Part shown: piece after piece, positions 63,065 through 64,000 of the stretch | How the letters are laid out: every line of letters begins with the position of its first letter | Position numbering within the stretch: the stretch's first letter is position 1 | From: an uncultured bacterium | GTDB taxonomy: Bacteria; CSSED10-310 | Direction of reading: 5' to 3' | NCBI GenBank assembly: GCA_964404285.1 | Contig: CAYOJK010000010.1 | Span: 10,303-74,302 of the forward strand | DNA length: 64,000 nt | Made by a program: the position numbers and the translations under genes | The notes under the pieces: generated by a model | What the model saw: the letters and a program-made list of their open reading frames with translations, nothing else | The model's database searches: none | Told to the model about the DNA's origin: nothing

Positions 63065-64000
63065 TCAATTGGCTGTTCTCAGAAGACGAAAACCTTGATA
63101 GTAGTAGCGGAAGTCGGGGTAGCCGCCGTTTCGAAACGCCGACCGACAGCCATACGCGATATTGTCCCAAGCGCCACCGCGTTGCACCCGGAACAGGCCC
63201 GTTGATGGTCCCCTTGGATCCGTTACAGGTCCCGATGGATAATCAGCATACCAGTCCCAGCACCATTCAAACACGTTGCCATGCATATCATACAATCCCC
63301 ACGGATTGGGAAGTCTCGTGCCCACCGGATGCGCTTCGTCCTCAGAGTTCCCGCACCACCAGGCAATGCTGTCCAGTGCGTCCAAGGGCGAACTCGGTGA
63401 ACAGGTATCACAATTAGCTGAACTGTAATTCGGCTCATCCGCTGAAAATGGCCCCGTTGTGCCTGCCCGGGCCGCATATTCCCATTCGGCTTCAGTCGGC
63501 AACCGATAACCATCAGCAGAAAAATCGCAGTAAAATTCGTTATCGATATCATGGTTCGTCGCATCCACAGGCGTCGTGAATCCCTCATCTTTGTAATAAC
63601 AGCGCGTATATCCATCCTGTAACGACATCAGATTCGCAAATAAGATTGCTTCATAGCATGTGAATCGATGACCCGGATGCTCCATCGTCCGGCAATAATT
63701 TTCGTTACTTGGATCGCCCGGCAGCGTTGGTTGCACCGCTTTCAGGTCCGCCCACATCTGCCGCGTCACCTCCGTCGTCATCATGTGGAATCCTCGTGTT
63801 AGGGTGACCTGGTGTTGTGGACCTTCTTCCGACAACCTGCATGGTTCATCTTCCGGTGACCCGCGCGTGTATGTTCCCGGGGGAATATAAGCAAAACTTG
63901 GCAGAGGCGGCGAAGGTGTGGGGGTTGGAGTGACGGTGGGAAGGGGGGTAGGTGTCCACTTGTGCGCGGAAGCCAGCCAGAATTCCTGGAAATCATAGCT
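63065..64000 (-). CDS. Formylglycine-generating enzyme (SUMF1/FGE-sulfatase) domain protein with a Pro/Thr linker; 5' end lies beyond the window
   Basis: The frame is open to position 64000 (SYDFQEF...WTPTPLPTVTPTPTPSPP...IPPGTYTRGSP..E...EGPQHQVTLT). RLPTEAEWEYAARAG, NPWGLYDMHGNVFEW, RVQRGGAW, GFRL. Confidence 0.9.
   Translation of the reverse strand, partial: SYDFQEFWLASAHKWTPTPLPTVTPTPTPSPPLPSFAYIPPGTYTRGSPEDEPCRLSEEGPQHQVTLTRGFHMMTTEVTRQMWADLKAVQPTLPGDPSNENYCRTMEHPGHRFTCYEAILFANLMSLQDGYTRCYYKDEGFTTPVDATNHDIDNEFYCDFSADGYRLPTEAEWEYAARAGTTGPFSADEPNYSSANCDTCSPSSPLDALDSIAWWCGNSEDEAHPVGTRLPNPWGLYDMHGNVFEWCWDWYADYPSGPVTDPRGPSTGLFRVQRGGAWDNIAYGCRSAFRNGGYPDFRYYYQGFRLLRTAN

Noticed and set aside
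569-63996. The many short ORFs antisense to or nested in long genes (e.g. 8011-8739, 14361-15044, 41235-42008, 40608-41183)
   Set aside because: They are shadow frames of well-supported genes on the opposite strand and show no recognisable motifs.

Overview
Chromosomal window from a Gram-negative (TolC, CpoB, lipoproteins, outer-membrane barrel), probably anaerobic bacterium (tungsten/molybdenum AOR-family enzyme, FeoB, two B12-binding radical SAM enzymes). The lineage cannot be fixed from the sequence alone. About 48 protein-coding genes or gene remnants are supported. I found no rRNA, tRNA, CRISPR array or intact transposase. Housekeeping blocks: dtxR-feoA/feoB, mnmA, smc, cpoB-LysM(TsaP-like)-dprA-topA-xerC-hslU-FN3 lipoprotein-dapA-dapB, a MacAB-TolC-type exporter, pckA and an M16 peptidase pair. 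Accessory DNA: an AT-rich type II restriction-modification islet, a toxin-antitoxin module whose toxin is internally deleted, a truncated SGNH hydrolase and several short intergenic repeat families. Most striking: an aldehyde:ferredoxin oxidoreductase (AOR/WOR) gene is split between domain 1 and domains 2-3, with a NuoE-NuoF / NuoG-like (HydC-B-A-like) cassette fused in frame between the halves. Its flavin/NADH motifs are degenerate, and thiF-thiS follow it. Also notable: an hslU with no hslV at its usual locus and a non-canonical C-terminal KVGF tail, and a tightly coupled tldD-pmbA-circularly permuted ATP-grasp operon. All family assignments come from motif recognition by eye, not from database searches.
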